A stretch of DNA of 64,000 nt from an uncultured Desulfobacterales bacterium (GCA_964502365.1 CAZCWQ010000003.1:2148-66147), one strand, 5' to 3'; counted from the stretch's first letter, positions 16,608 to 27,008 are shown. The notes: a model not told the origin generated them from the sequence alone. Numbers and translations are program-made.

Positions 16608-19142
16608 GTGAGAGAAATAAGACTTGCGGTGTGGGTAGCTGTTATGCCGGAAGTGGTTAAGTGGAAAGTAGTGATAAGGGCCTTTGCGCTGGTGTTTTTG
16701 ATGTCATGTGTCTTTTACAGCGATTACATTGTAGGTGGTGCCTTGCCAATTACGTCGGCTGACCCGGCCATCCATTATTGGGCAAGGCTAGGGAATGCTA
16801 AGCACCTAAAAAATCATATAGTCCCGCTATGGGATAGAGATGCGGGCCTCGGTAGAAGCATCTTTCAAAATGATTTGTGGAAGAGTCCATTTCATGGGGG
16901 TGCTCTGAGTCTAATGGCTTTTGAGAAAGAGGAACTCGGGCACGTCTGTTTCTTGTGGATACAGACGGTCCTATTTGGGCTGCTGATGCTGTTTTATTGG
17001 GAGAGGCACCTGAAGCTAGATTGGATGACTGGGACCCTGGCTGTTGGTATTTTGTTGTTCATTCCCGGCTTTTTGAATGAATACTTCTACAACGCTTTTG
17101 GTGGCTATATCTTTGTGCCTCTTATGGTCATTCAAGTTAACAAATATGTCTCTTCACATAGGACCAAATACGCTTTTTTTCTCGGTTTTCTGCTGGCCTT
17201 ATCGCACTGGATTGGAAATTTTTCAGTACCCCAATTCTGTTGGGTATTCCTTGGTCTATATGCTCTGTACATAGTTTGGCACAGGCCAAATAGGCTTGCC
17301 TCGGTGCTGAGCCTTTTCAGATTCTTTGCGGTTGGAGCGCTGGTTTGGATCGGGCTGTTGGGTTTTTACATTCTTCCCTTCTTGATAGAGAACCTCAGCC
17401 AGATTCGCTCCCATAGTTACGCTGTGGGCGGGGGGATAGACTTTGGGAGAATCATCCTGTCTTTTGTGGCCCCGGTTACGTCACAGATGTTCATTGATGA
17501 GAAGATTATCCCAACGGGATTCGTTACTTACCTGGAGTCACTTCCGCTTTATGTACATGTCTTACTACTTCCCAGTCTTGCGATTTTCCTTGCCAACAGG
17601 CAGAAGTTCAGCAGAGGTGAACGCTTCTTCTTCTACTATGTAATTTGTTTCCTGGTTTTGGGATGGAGCAATAAATTCGTTCCGCTTCTTGGATATCTGA
17701 CAAAGGCCACGCGAGGCACCGGTTGGTGGCGGTCAATGCCGTTATTTTTTGTGTGTGGGAGTGTTTGCGTAGCTCTAGTCGTGAGCCGACTTCACAGTGG
17801 AGAAATATGTGGTCGGTCGACTAGACTGGGAACACCTATAAGCGTGTTCGTGAAAAGTCTTTCTGCTTTCTACGCCTTGGCGTTCTTGGGTGTGGCTTTA
17901 TTGTTTGCAGTTAGCAAAACGGCGAATATTAATGCTGTTTACAGCGTCTTGGGGAGAATGACGCCACGGCCAGCAGCGCACATAGCGGAGTACATGGAAA
18001 GGTATTACTTCGTATGGCCTCGTTTTGGATTTATTATGCTAGTCTTACTCAGCCTGAGTTTCAGCTTGTATGCATTTGATAGGCTTCTTGTCGGTGAAAA
18101 ACGACCGTGTGGCGCGAGAGGCTTTTTGGGAGCATTGCTCATTACTATTCTATTTGGTCAGTATTCGTTAACAAAGCTGTACTATCCGTTCAACAACGGA
18201 ATTCGGAAAACCATGACCCTTGATACAAACAACCTCTTGAAAGCGATGGGACCTACTGATCGTGTTGGTATAGTGTTTAATCCGCAAAGCGAGATTGAAG
18301 AAGCAGTCAGGAAGGAGATGGGGTATTCGGGGATATTCCCCAACCTGTCTTTATCTCTTGCTTTGCAGGAATACCCGGAGTTTGCAAGAGTTCAATCCAA
18401 TATAACAATGTTTGGGGCCTACATTGGGAGCTTGGGGATCGGTTGTTACACCACTGGAGCAAATTTTCTTTCTAGGCGTATGATTGAATTTCATGACAGT
18501 GTCATACGAGATGATGAACGGATAGCACATGCATTTGTCCGACAAAAAGCCTATTTGCAGCTTTCTGAACGAAATGTAGATTCAAAATTATTGGACGTTG
18601 CTGGTATTGACTATATTCTCTCGTCTCGCCCCCTCGAATCGGAAAAGTTATCGCTAATAGGTTACGGGGGTGGGTTCCACATCTACAAGAATGCCAGTGC
18701 AGTCCCCAAATTCTACCTAGTCCGTGACATCGAGTTTCTTAAAAAGGACCAGGAGGCCTTGGATGTTCTGTTATCAGATGACTTCGACGTTGGGCGGGAA
18801 GCTGTTGTGGAAGGATCATTCAATTGGGAGACTGTGATTGGAGGAGATTCCAGTATTGATATTTTAAAGTATACGCCAAATAGCATCGTTTTAGTAGTGA
18901 AGAACGAAAACAAAGGGTTCTTGGTGGTTAATGACGCCTGTCATAAAGGATGGATAGCAGTTGTCAATGGGAGAAAAAGCGAACTATATAGAACAAATCA
19001 TATTTTCAGGGGGGTTTTGTTAGAGCCAGGTACGAACAGAGTTGAGATGCACTTCAATCCACCGGGCTTTAGGCATGGTGTCATTATTTCACTCGTCACC
19101 TTGATTACAATGGTTATTTATTTGGCCGTCTTTGGTCGATAG
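16608..19142 (+). CDS. Large polytopic membrane protein, YfhO-like GT-C glycosyltransferase candidate
   Basis: 844 aa. More than 12 predicted TM helices fill the N-terminal two-thirds, followed by a soluble domain and one terminal TM (VIISLVTLITMVIYLAVF). This is the YfhO-family layout. Start is GTG 16608 or ATG 16644. Confidence 0.5.
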   Translation: MREIRLAVWVAVMPEVVKWKVVIRAFALVFLMSCVFYSDYIVGGALPITSADPAIHYWARLGNAKHLKNHIVPLWDRDAGLGRSIFQNDLWKSPFHGGALSLMAFEKEELGHVCFLWIQTVLFGLLMLFYWERHLKLDWMTGTLAVGILLFIPGFLNEYFYNAFGGYIFVPLMVIQVNKYVSSHRTKYAFFLGFLLALSHWIGNFSVPQFCWVFLGLYALYIVWHRPNRLASVLSLFRFFAVGALVWIGLLGFYILPFLIENLSQIRSHSYAVGGGIDFGRIILSFVAPVTSQMFIDEKIIPTGFVTYLESLPLYVHVLLLPSLAIFLANRQKFSRGERFFFYYVICFLVLGWSNKFVPLLGYLTKATRGTGWWRSMPLFFVCGSVCVALVVSRLHSGEICGRSTRLGTPISVFVKSLSAFYALAFLGVALLFAVSKTANINAVYSVLGRMTPRPAAHIAEYMERYYFVWPRFGFIMLVLLSLSFSLYAFDRLLVGEKRPCGARGFLGALLITILFGQYSLTKLYYPFNNGIRKTMTLDTNNLLKAMGPTDRVGIVFNPQSEIEEAVRKEMGYSGIFPNLSLSLALQEYPEFARVQSNITMFGAYIGSLGIGCYTTGANFLSRRMIEFHDSVIRDDERIAHAFVRQKAYLQLSERNVDSKLLDVAGIDYILSSRPLESEKLSLIGYGGGFHIYKNASAVPKFYLVRDIEFLKKDQEALDVLLSDDFDVGREAVVEGSFNWETVIGGDSSIDILKYTPNSIVLVVKNENKGFLVVNDACHKGWIAVVNGRKSELYRTNHIFRGVLLEPGTNRVEMHFNPPGFRHGVIISLVTLITMVIYLAVFGR

Positions 19143-19230
19143 GTCGTGGCGTGAGATGAAGACAATGATCTCATTATGGAGAAAATGAAAAGAGACGTGA
19201 GGACCGACAAATGCCAACTCGGGAGACTCC

Positions 19231-20298
19231 ATGGCAAAGGCTAAGATTTCGGATGCGGTAGAAAAGGGGCACATAGTCTGTCCTGTCTGTAAAGGTTCGC
19301 TGGAAAGTGCTGGAACCAATGCTGCCGAAGAAGGATTGGTGTGTTCAGTCTGCGGGACGGGTTATCCCGTGCCCCGGGGAATCCCCATTTTGGTTCGTTT
19401 GGCAGAAGACCAGGGTAGGGCCAAAGCAGATATGCAACGGTTCTGGGGTGAGCTCTATGATGCGGTATATCATGAAGACGATTTGAGGTTGGTTCGAGAG
19501 GAATTTAAGACACAGCTGTCCGGTCTAGAGGACCTGTTGGTTTGGAGAGAACACATTGCGGCAAAGGAGATGCCATTGAACGAGATTGAAGGCAAGAGGG
19601 TTCTTGAGATTGGCAGTGGAGCAGGAGCCCATTCGGCCTTGTTTGCTTCTAAAGGAGCAATCATCTTCTCTGTCGACATTACGTGGGAACGGGTCCTGGC
19701 AACTGACAACAAGCTTGGCTTGATCAATGGTAGTGAGAACATGGCCTTGCAAGCGGATGCAGAGGAGCTGCCCTTCCCGAATGAGCATTTTGATATCGTT
19801 TATTCCAATGGGGTATTACACCACACTCCAAACACCAGGAAAGCCATCTTGGAAGTGTTCAGGGTCCTTAAGCCGAAGGGGAAAGCAGTAATTATGATGT
19901 ACGCCAGGGATTCTCTCCAATACTGGCTTTCACTATTTCTGGTTAAGGGCCTGATAATGGGAAACATCTTGCGAGGAGAGAATTGGCTTGGGAGAGTGAC
20001 CGAATGGATGTCGAGGAAACGCCAAAGGGCACAAAATCCTGAAACGACGGTATATTCAAAAAGTCAGATACGATTTCTCTTCAAGGATTTTTCATCAGTT
20101 ACGATTCGCAAAGGCAGTTTTATCTTCCAGCAAATTCCATTTGTCGGACAAGCGATATCGGTCATTGCAGGCAGATCGACAGGATTCAGTGAGGCAGGGA
20201 CCCTTCTGTATGGACACCCGTGGCGGAATGAAACGAGGCTTGAATTATGGGCCGGCAGGCACATTGGTTTTGCTCTAAATATAAAGGCGACTAAGTAG
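19231..20298 (+). CDS. SAM-dependent methyltransferase with Trm112-like zinc-finger N-terminus
   Basis: 355 aa. CPVCKGSL...CSVCGTGYPVPRGIPILV (Trm112-like) followed by VLEIGSGAGAHS (motif I) and YSNGVLHH. Confidence 0.7.
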   Translation: MAKAKISDAVEKGHIVCPVCKGSLESAGTNAAEEGLVCSVCGTGYPVPRGIPILVRLAEDQGRAKADMQRFWGELYDAVYHEDDLRLVREEFKTQLSGLEDLLVWREHIAAKEMPLNEIEGKRVLEIGSGAGAHSALFASKGAIIFSVDITWERVLATDNKLGLINGSENMALQADAEELPFPNEHFDIVYSNGVLHHTPNTRKAILEVFRVLKPKGKAVIMMYARDSLQYWLSLFLVKGLIMGNILRGENWLGRVTEWMSRKRQRAQNPETTVYSKSQIRFLFKDFSSVTIRKGSFIFQQIPFVGQAISVIAGRSTGFSEAGTLLYGHPWRNETRLELWAGRHIGFALNIKATK

Positions 20299-20425
20299 AT
20301 GCAATTCTCCCAGCGCAGTGCAAATAAGACTTCCTCGCTCTCCTGGCCGAAGGACACAGGTGGAATAAATACTGTGGACGACCAGGCGTTGAAGGTAGGG
20401 TTCTAATCAGAAGTACACCTATTTC

Positions 20426-22357
20426 ATGTTGAATATTTTACCAAGGCTCTTCTTCAAGTTGGCGGAACTCTCTTTTCACCGAAAGGAAAACAAGAATTAC
20501 GTCCAATTCCTCTTAAGAGAACAGCGGAGCCTTGAATTTTTGCGAGGAATAGGCGTCCTGCTGAAAAAGAGGGCACTAAATAGGTCCGTTCCTCCAGCAT
20601 ACAAAAGGCTGAACAGCAGACTGAGGAGCTACTTGTGGTCCACATGTGAGACCCGTAACGCCTTGCCACTGCAAGTCAACGTAGCAAAGGAACTTGACAG
20701 GAATCCGCAGAATGCGCATGCGAGATGTATATCTCTGGCAACGACGGACATTGGCTTGGGAGACGGTATCGCCTGGGGACAGCATTTTGATGACCAGGAG
20801 GACCAATTCGCCCTTCACAGGTTTGGATGGCTTCTGCCAAAGCTTGCTAACCAACCTTACCCAAGCGAACTGTTGGAGCTTAGAGACCTGATCGTCGAAT
20901 GGATAGAGAGGAATCCGCATGGCAAAGACGCTTTGGGGTGGGATAGCTACTCTATTTCCGAACGCATTGTGAATTGGGTTCTGTTCCTGTCCACCTTAGA
21001 ATTGGCCCAGACAAGAGGGGGATCTTCCAAAACAGGATTGATTGCTCAGAGCTTGGGGAAACATGTCGAAGACCTTTTGAGAAACCCAGAGTTTTGCGGA
21101 TCTGCGACTAACAATCACCTCATTAACAACGGTCGAGCCTTATACATGGGTGGAGCCTTTCTGAGTTGCCGGGATGCACTAGCGGCGGGTAGGGATATTC
21201 TGACAGAAGCCAGCAGGCAGATGTTTACGACATCTGGTTTCTTGCGGGAAGGTTCTTCGCACTATCAGATATTGATGGCTAGGACCTTTTTGGAGGTCCT
21301 GTGGTGTGCACGAGCTGTGGGTGATGATGTCTTCATCAGCGACATGTTTGATGTCACCAAGCGTATTTGTCGCAGTGCGGAGTTCTTTCTGGGTGAGAGA
21401 CCATTCCCGCGCTTTGGAGATGTGTCTCCTGATTTCCATCCTGATTTCCACATAGGGTTGCCGATCGTTGCGAACTGGATCTTGGGCAAGAAGACACGTC
21501 GGCGCTCGAACGAGACAGACGGTTGGTGTAGACTGTTCATGTCTGGGACACGGGTCAACGATGCTGAGAAGGAAAGGGCCAATACACCTCAAACCGCTGT
21601 AAGAATAATCTCTTACAAAGACGCTGGATTTTATTGCGTTCGAAACGCTGTTTACACACTGTTTGTGCATATTAGCCCTCTGGGCTATGTTCCTGAGTGG
21701 TCCCACGGTCATTCAGACATAGGAAGCTTTGTTTTGTATTGGAAGGGAAAACCTCTTATCATCGACTGTGGCCGGTCAAGTTTTCTGAATATTCCCATGG
21801 GCAGATATGGGAAAAGCGTGAGGAGCCATAATGGGATTTCAATAGATGGGTACGAACCGTGTATCACCCATGGAATTAATGGATTCGCCCAGTTGATGGT
21901 GCAAGAGTATATCGGGCTCCCTCCGAAAGTGTGTGTGGGAGAGTTTCCAGATGGTGTATATATTCATCTTATTCACTATGGATTTAATAGACTGCCGCAA
22001 ATCGTTCAGGTTGAGCGAAAGATCTTTTGTGAAGAAAGTCAGGTCGTTATAGAAGACAAAATTTTGGGGAGGGGAACCAGCAAGGTTGAAACGTTTTTCC
22101 ATTTTCATCCAGACGTCCAGATAGTCGAAAAAGAGGCAACGCAGATTGGATTCTCCATTCCTGGGGAAAAAAGATTCGTGCTGGTTGGAAGGAAAAAGAC
22201 ATCTGCTCCCTTCAAGGTTTTCAAAGGGGTGGAGAGGCCCTTTGTGTCCGGCTGGTATTCCCCCCAATATGGGAAGGCCGTTCCTGCCTATACATTGGTT
22301 TCTGCCCAAAGAACCCGCCTTCCAGTGACCAACAGATACGTTGTTTGTGAGCGTTAG
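20426..22357 (+). CDS. Heparinase II/III-like family protein
   Basis: 643 aa. NNHLINNGRALYMGG and WSHGHSDIGSFVLYWKGKPLIIDCG are typical of heparinase II/III-like proteins encoded in O-antigen/EPS clusters. Confidence 0.65.
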   Translation: MLNILPRLFFKLAELSFHRKENKNYVQFLLREQRSLEFLRGIGVLLKKRALNRSVPPAYKRLNSRLRSYLWSTCETRNALPLQVNVAKELDRNPQNAHARCISLATTDIGLGDGIAWGQHFDDQEDQFALHRFGWLLPKLANQPYPSELLELRDLIVEWIERNPHGKDALGWDSYSISERIVNWVLFLSTLELAQTRGGSSKTGLIAQSLGKHVEDLLRNPEFCGSATNNHLINNGRALYMGGAFLSCRDALAAGRDILTEASRQMFTTSGFLREGSSHYQILMARTFLEVLWCARAVGDDVFISDMFDVTKRICRSAEFFLGERPFPRFGDVSPDFHPDFHIGLPIVANWILGKKTRRRSNETDGWCRLFMSGTRVNDAEKERANTPQTAVRIISYKDAGFYCVRNAVYTLFVHISPLGYVPEWSHGHSDIGSFVLYWKGKPLIIDCGRSSFLNIPMGRYGKSVRSHNGISIDGYEPCITHGINGFAQLMVQEYIGLPPKVCVGEFPDGVYIHLIHYGFNRLPQIVQVERKIFCEESQVVIEDKILGRGTSKVETFFHFHPDVQIVEKEATQIGFSIPGEKRFVLVGRKKTSAPFKVFKGVERPFVSGWYSPQYGKAVPAYTLVSAQRTRLPVTNRYVVCER

Positions 22358-22427
22358 AAAGCTAAAGCCCAGACGCTCCGGTGCAGTTTTCGCCTGTAAG
22401 ACGTCGGCGTTAAGAACTTAAATCAAC

Positions 22428-24338
22428 ATGTGTGGCATCTGTGGAATCGTGGCTCCAGACCTCTCGCAGGGAGAGAGGGAGGAGACCGCTCACAAGATGA
22501 ATAGCCTTATGGCTCACCGCGGCCCAGATGACTCTGGGCTTCTGTGCCTGGATGGCACCTGCTTGGCCATGCGCCGCTTGAGTATCATCGATTTGAGCCC
22601 TTCAGGGCATCAGCCCATGTGCAACGAAGATGGGAGCATTTGGGTGGTCTGCAACGGAGAGATTTACAACTACCAGGACCTGAGAGCACAGCTCGTCCAG
22701 CGAGGACACGAGTTCAGATCAAAAACCGACACCGAAGTCATTGTTCATTTATACGAGGAAGAAGGCCCTAAATGTGTTCACCAACTTAGGGGGATGTTTG
22801 CCTTTGCCGTGTGGCACGAAGGCGAAAGGGAGCTTTTTCTTTGCCGGGACCGTCTGGGAATCAAGCCTTTATACTACTCCACTTCATCACAGGGCTTTTT
22901 GTTTGCTTCTGAGATTAAGTCCATGCTGGAAAGCGGCCTCGTAGGCCGCCAACTGGATATGGCTGCGCTGGATCTTTATCTTTCCTTTGGCTATGTGCCG
23001 CCCCCCTGGACCATGGTCCAGGGTATTTCCGCCCTTCTCCCAGGGCACTGTGTTCTTGTGAAAGAAGGACGTGTGCAGGTCGAAAAGTGGTGGCATCTAC
23101 CGGGAGAGGGCACATCCGAGTGTCGGCCGGAGGACATCCTCCCTCAGGTACGCCACCTATTGGAAGAGAGCATCAGGCTTCACCAGGTCAGCGACGTTCC
23201 TGTCGGGGCGTTTCTGAGCGGCGGCATTGACTCGACGGCTGTTGTGGGTTTGATGTCTCACGTGTCGGGCAAACCCGTCCGTACCTTTTCCGTGGGCTTT
23301 GAGAGTGATGTTCCAGCTCGATTTAATGAACTGTCCTATGCAAAGCGGGTTGCCAAAAGGTTTGGGGCCGAGCACACGGAGGTGATCCTGAACGGAAGCC
23401 ACGTGGCTGACGCCCTGGAAGATATAGTATGGTACCTTGATCACCCAAGCTTCGACGGCGTGAACAGCTACTTTGTTTCCCGAGCGGCTAGACAGGGTGG
23501 ACTGACCGTTGCCCTTTCTGGTCTTGGAGGAGACGAGTTGTTTGGCGGATACGGATCCTTCAAGGTGATCCCCATGCTCGATCCTTATGTCCGGTGCTGG
23601 AGCAGACTCCCTGAAGGGACACGCACAAGGATCGTGGAAATCCTTCAATCTGTTGTCAAGGGGTTTTCCAACGGAGAAAGAAGTCTGAAGATAGGGCGGC
23701 TTCGCTGGGTCGATTCCTCTGTCGGCTTGTATGCGTTGGCGCGCTTTGTGCTCTGGCCTGAGGAAAAGAGACAGCTCCTCCTTCCCTGGTCTGCCAAGTA
23801 CGAACCGAGGACAGATAGCAACGGCGGGCCTCTATCCCTGTTGGCGGACTACTCAGAGCGGACCCATACGCCTTGGCGCATGGTGACTGACCTGGATATG
23901 CAAACCTACATGAGCTGGCGCCTGCTCCGAGATACGGATGCTATGAGCATGGCCCACTCGCTGGAGGTTCGGGTCCCACTGATCGACCACAAAGTCGTGG
24001 AGTTTGTATGCGGTCTTGCTCCAGGGTGGCAGAAGCGATTCGGGTATCCAAAGCGTCTCCTGACGACATCGCTTTCCGACCTGATTCCAAACGAGATTTC
24101 CCGGCGAGATAAGCACGGCTTTGAGTTCCCCATAGCCTTCTGGATGCAGAAGGAACTCAAAGATGTGGTGGAGGACGCTCTTTCCCACGAGACTGTTCAG
24201 AAAAGAGGACTGTTCTTGCCAAAGGGTGTTCGATCCCTCTATCACGGCTTTCTGAAAGGACGGTATGGCTACCCTGTCATCTGGCAGTTGGTCGTCTTGG
24301 AACTCTGGCTCAGAAAGGTCTTTGACAGACGGTCATGA
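22428..24338 (+). CDS. asnB: Asparagine synthase (glutamine-hydrolysing) family amidotransferase
   Basis: 636 aa. MCGICGI (N-terminal Cys nucleophile) and FLSGGIDSTAV (SGGxDS PP-loop). Confidence 0.85.
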   Translation: MCGICGIVAPDLSQGEREETAHKMNSLMAHRGPDDSGLLCLDGTCLAMRRLSIIDLSPSGHQPMCNEDGSIWVVCNGEIYNYQDLRAQLVQRGHEFRSKTDTEVIVHLYEEEGPKCVHQLRGMFAFAVWHEGERELFLCRDRLGIKPLYYSTSSQGFLFASEIKSMLESGLVGRQLDMAALDLYLSFGYVPPPWTMVQGISALLPGHCVLVKEGRVQVEKWWHLPGEGTSECRPEDILPQVRHLLEESIRLHQVSDVPVGAFLSGGIDSTAVVGLMSHVSGKPVRTFSVGFESDVPARFNELSYAKRVAKRFGAEHTEVILNGSHVADALEDIVWYLDHPSFDGVNSYFVSRAARQGGLTVALSGLGGDELFGGYGSFKVIPMLDPYVRCWSRLPEGTRTRIVEILQSVVKGFSNGERSLKIGRLRWVDSSVGLYALARFVLWPEEKRQLLLPWSAKYEPRTDSNGGPLSLLADYSERTHTPWRMVTDLDMQTYMSWRLLRDTDAMSMAHSLEVRVPLIDHKVVEFVCGLAPGWQKRFGYPKRLLTTSLSDLIPNEISRRDKHGFEFPIAFWMQKELKDVVEDALSHETVQKRGLFLPKGVRSLYHGFLKGRYGYPVIWQLVVLELWLRKVFDRRS

Positions 24339-25270
24339 AGATACGTGGCTCAAAAGGCGGCGGTGGCGACATGCCCGTGGTTAGTGTGATCACAACCGTA
24401 TACAATGGAAGGGACTTCATTGGAGAAGCTATCAAGAGCATTCTGGGCCAGGCTTACAATAGTCTCGAATATTTGATCGTGGATGACGGCTCCACAGATG
24501 GCACCAAGAATGTCATCCAGTCGTTTCATGATTCCAGGATTCGGCTGTTCAGTCCCGGGCGTATTGGTAGGGGCAAAGCGCTCAACTTAGCATTGGGCGA
24601 AACCCAAGGAGAGTATGTGGCTATCCAGGATGCCGATGACGTGTCTCATCCTGAACGACTCACCATGGAGGTTCATGCCCTCAGGAGGCTGGGTAGGGAT
24701 GTCGCCTTAGGCAGTGCAGCTATCCCGATTCTCGGTGGGGAGACTCTGGATGTGGGGACCTTGCCCCACCTAAATGAAACGGATGTCGAGCTGCAAGACG
24801 TCACAGATCGCGCGATGTTTTTCAATCCCGTGATTCATTCCTCCATCCTGATAGCCAGACAGGCGCTTATGGACATAGGTGGGTACAATGAGGCGCGCAA
24901 GGACCTTTTTGACTGGGAGATGCTTCTCCGACACGTCCTTTCTGGGGGGCGACTCGTGACCATGTCCGCGCCATTGGTCTTGAGAAGGTTTCACAATGGC
25001 CAGTTCTTTGAACGAGACCACAGACTGTCATATGTTTTGTCTACCGTTAGGCTTCAGTATTCCGCTATGAGACGGTCCGGAAGACATTGTGGGGTGCTGC
25101 TATTGCTGCTCTTCATGGCGGGGTACCGTCTCATGCCATTTCGACTTAGAATGCTTTTTCGGACTCTACTGTCCACACACCTTTCTTGCGGAGCGCGGGC
25201 TTTTGGTGTAAAAGGTGATCCTTATCGTTGCAGAGGAGATCTAGGATGGGAAATGCAAAAGCCCTCGTGA
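24335..25270 (+). CDS. GT2 glycosyltransferase
   Basis: 311 aa with ATGA overlap with the asnB stop. VSVITTVYNGRDFIGEAIKSILGQ, IVDDGSTDGT, IQDADD. An alternative start is ATG 24371. Confidence 0.75.
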   Translation: MKIRGSKGGGGDMPVVSVITTVYNGRDFIGEAIKSILGQAYNSLEYLIVDDGSTDGTKNVIQSFHDSRIRLFSPGRIGRGKALNLALGETQGEYVAIQDADDVSHPERLTMEVHALRRLGRDVALGSAAIPILGGETLDVGTLPHLNETDVELQDVTDRAMFFNPVIHSSILIARQALMDIGGYNEARKDLFDWEMLLRHVLSGGRLVTMSAPLVLRRFHNGQFFERDHRLSYVLSTVRLQYSAMRRSGRHCGVLLLLLFMAGYRLMPFRLRMLFRTLLSTHLSCGARAFGVKGDPYRCRGDLGWEMQKPS

Positions 25271-26229
25271 CGGGTGCTGGCGGATTCATTGGTAGCCACC
25301 TGGCAGATCGTCTCGTAAGGGATGGATACTCCGTCCGGGCTTTTGTGCACTACAATTGCCGCAACCACTATGGGTGGATCGAAGACCTCGAGCCGGAGAT
25401 TCAGCGAGAGCTGGATATTTTTGCTGGAGACCTGAGAGACCCTTTTGTCGTCCGTAAGGCTGTGAAGGGTTGTCAAAAGGTCTTTCATCTAGGGGCGCTG
25501 ATAGCCATCCCTTATTCCTATGTGGCACCCATGGATTTTGTGGAGACCAACGTTAAGGGAATGGTCAATGTGCTGCAAGCGGTTCTAGATGAAGGGGTAG
25601 AGCGATTGATCCACACATCTACTAGTGAAACGTATGGCACGGCAAAATATGTTCCAATTGACGAACAGCATCCTTTGCAGGGTCAGTCTCCGTACTCAGC
25701 CAGCAAGATTGGCGCGGACAAACTAACAGAGAGTTATTACCTTTCCTATGGGTTGCCTGTGGTGACCGTTCGACCTTTTAACACTTACGGGCCCCGGCAG
25801 TCGGCTAGGGCGGTCATTCCGACAATCATCGGTCAAGCTCTCTCGCGATCGGAAATCTGCCTTGGCTCGTTGGAGCCTGTTCGAGACCTCACGTTTGTTG
25901 CAGACACGATTGAAGGTTTTGTGCTCGCAGCCGATAAAGACGATGCGATCGGTGAACAAATCAACCTCGGTTCAGGGAAGGGAATTAGTATTGGAGACCT
26001 TGTTAACAAGGTCAAAGTTCTTTTAGACCTCAAGACGCCTGTAGTTCATGAGCGAGAGCGAGTGAGGCCGGAGGGAAGTGAGGTGCTTCGTTTGATCTGT
26101 GACAATCAGAGGGCTCGTGAATTGTTAGGATGGAAACCGAAGGTTCCCCTTGAAGAGGGCCTTATGGAGACTATCAGTTGGATCAGACAGAATCTCCGTC
26201 TGTACAAGATGGACGTTTACAATCGCTAA
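25246..26229 (+). CDS. NAD-dependent sugar-nucleotide dehydratase/epimerase (extended SDR), paralog of 11570-12562
   Basis: ATG 25246 is preceded by AGGAG (the track starts at TTG 25228). ALVTGAGGFIGSHLADRLV, YSASKIGAD, RPFNTYGPRQSARAVIP. Confidence 0.75.
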   Translation: MGNAKALVTGAGGFIGSHLADRLVRDGYSVRAFVHYNCRNHYGWIEDLEPEIQRELDIFAGDLRDPFVVRKAVKGCQKVFHLGALIAIPYSYVAPMDFVETNVKGMVNVLQAVLDEGVERLIHTSTSETYGTAKYVPIDEQHPLQGQSPYSASKIGADKLTESYYLSYGLPVVTVRPFNTYGPRQSARAVIPTIIGQALSRSEICLGSLEPVRDLTFVADTIEGFVLAADKDDAIGEQINLGSGKGISIGDLVNKVKVLLDLKTPVVHERERVRPEGSEVLRLICDNQRARELLGWKPKVPLEEGLMETISWIRQNLRLYKMDVYNR

Positions 26230-26242
26230 TCATTTCTTGACT

Positions 26243-26956
26243 ATGAGAGCCATTCTTCTTGCCGGCGGGAAGGGGACACGCCTTCAGCCGTACACGACAA
26301 TTCTTCCGAAGCCTCTGATCCCTGTCGGTGACATGCCAATTTTGGAGGTGGTAGTGCGGCAACTGAAGGCGAGTGGTTTTCGCAGGATCACAATGGCGGT
26401 TGGCCACCTGGCTGAACTCATACAAGCGTACTTTGGCGATGGTCAAAGGTGGGGCTTGGAGATTGATTACTCCAGGGAAGAGCAACCTCTAGGCACCATG
26501 GGACCCCTCAGGCTTATTTCTGATTTGCCAGAACACTTTCTGGTCATGAATGGTGACGTGTTAACGGACTTGCCCTTCTCACAACTGTACGAAATGCACT
26601 GTGATACGAACGCTGTCTTTACTGTAGCCGCCTATCATCGGACCGTAAATATCGATTTCGGTGTCCTCGAATCTAACGGGGCCAATGAGCTCACAGGGTT
26701 TCACGAGAAACCCAATTATGAGTTCGATGTGAGCATGGGCGTCTACATTGCCAGTCGACGCGTGCTAGACTATATCCCAGATCAAGAGCCTTTTGGATTC
26801 GACGATCTTATGAACTTGTTGATACAAAGGCAAGAGTTTCCGCATGTCTTTAAGTATACAGGGTATTGGTTGGACATTGGCCGGCAGGATGACTGTCTGA
26901 GGGCCGTTCAAGAGTTTCCCGATCTAAAAGACAGACTTTTGCCACATCTAGAATAG
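26243..26956 (+). CDS. Sugar-1-phosphate nucleotidyltransferase
   Basis: ATG 26243 gives MRAILLAGGKGTRLQPYTTILPKPLIPV, the G-rich NTP-binding loop of NDP-sugar pyrophosphorylases. The track ORF extends upstream into the previous gene. Confidence 0.75.
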   Translation: MRAILLAGGKGTRLQPYTTILPKPLIPVGDMPILEVVVRQLKASGFRRITMAVGHLAELIQAYFGDGQRWGLEIDYSREEQPLGTMGPLRLISDLPEHFLVMNGDVLTDLPFSQLYEMHCDTNAVFTVAAYHRTVNIDFGVLESNGANELTGFHEKPNYEFDVSMGVYIASRRVLDYIPDQEPFGFDDLMNLLIQRQEFPHVFKYTGYWLDIGRQDDCLRAVQEFPDLKDRLLPHLE

Positions 26957-27008
26957 GCCTTCCCTATACAGGCGCTGGCATTCAATCGTACATATTTTTG
27001 AGCATGAA

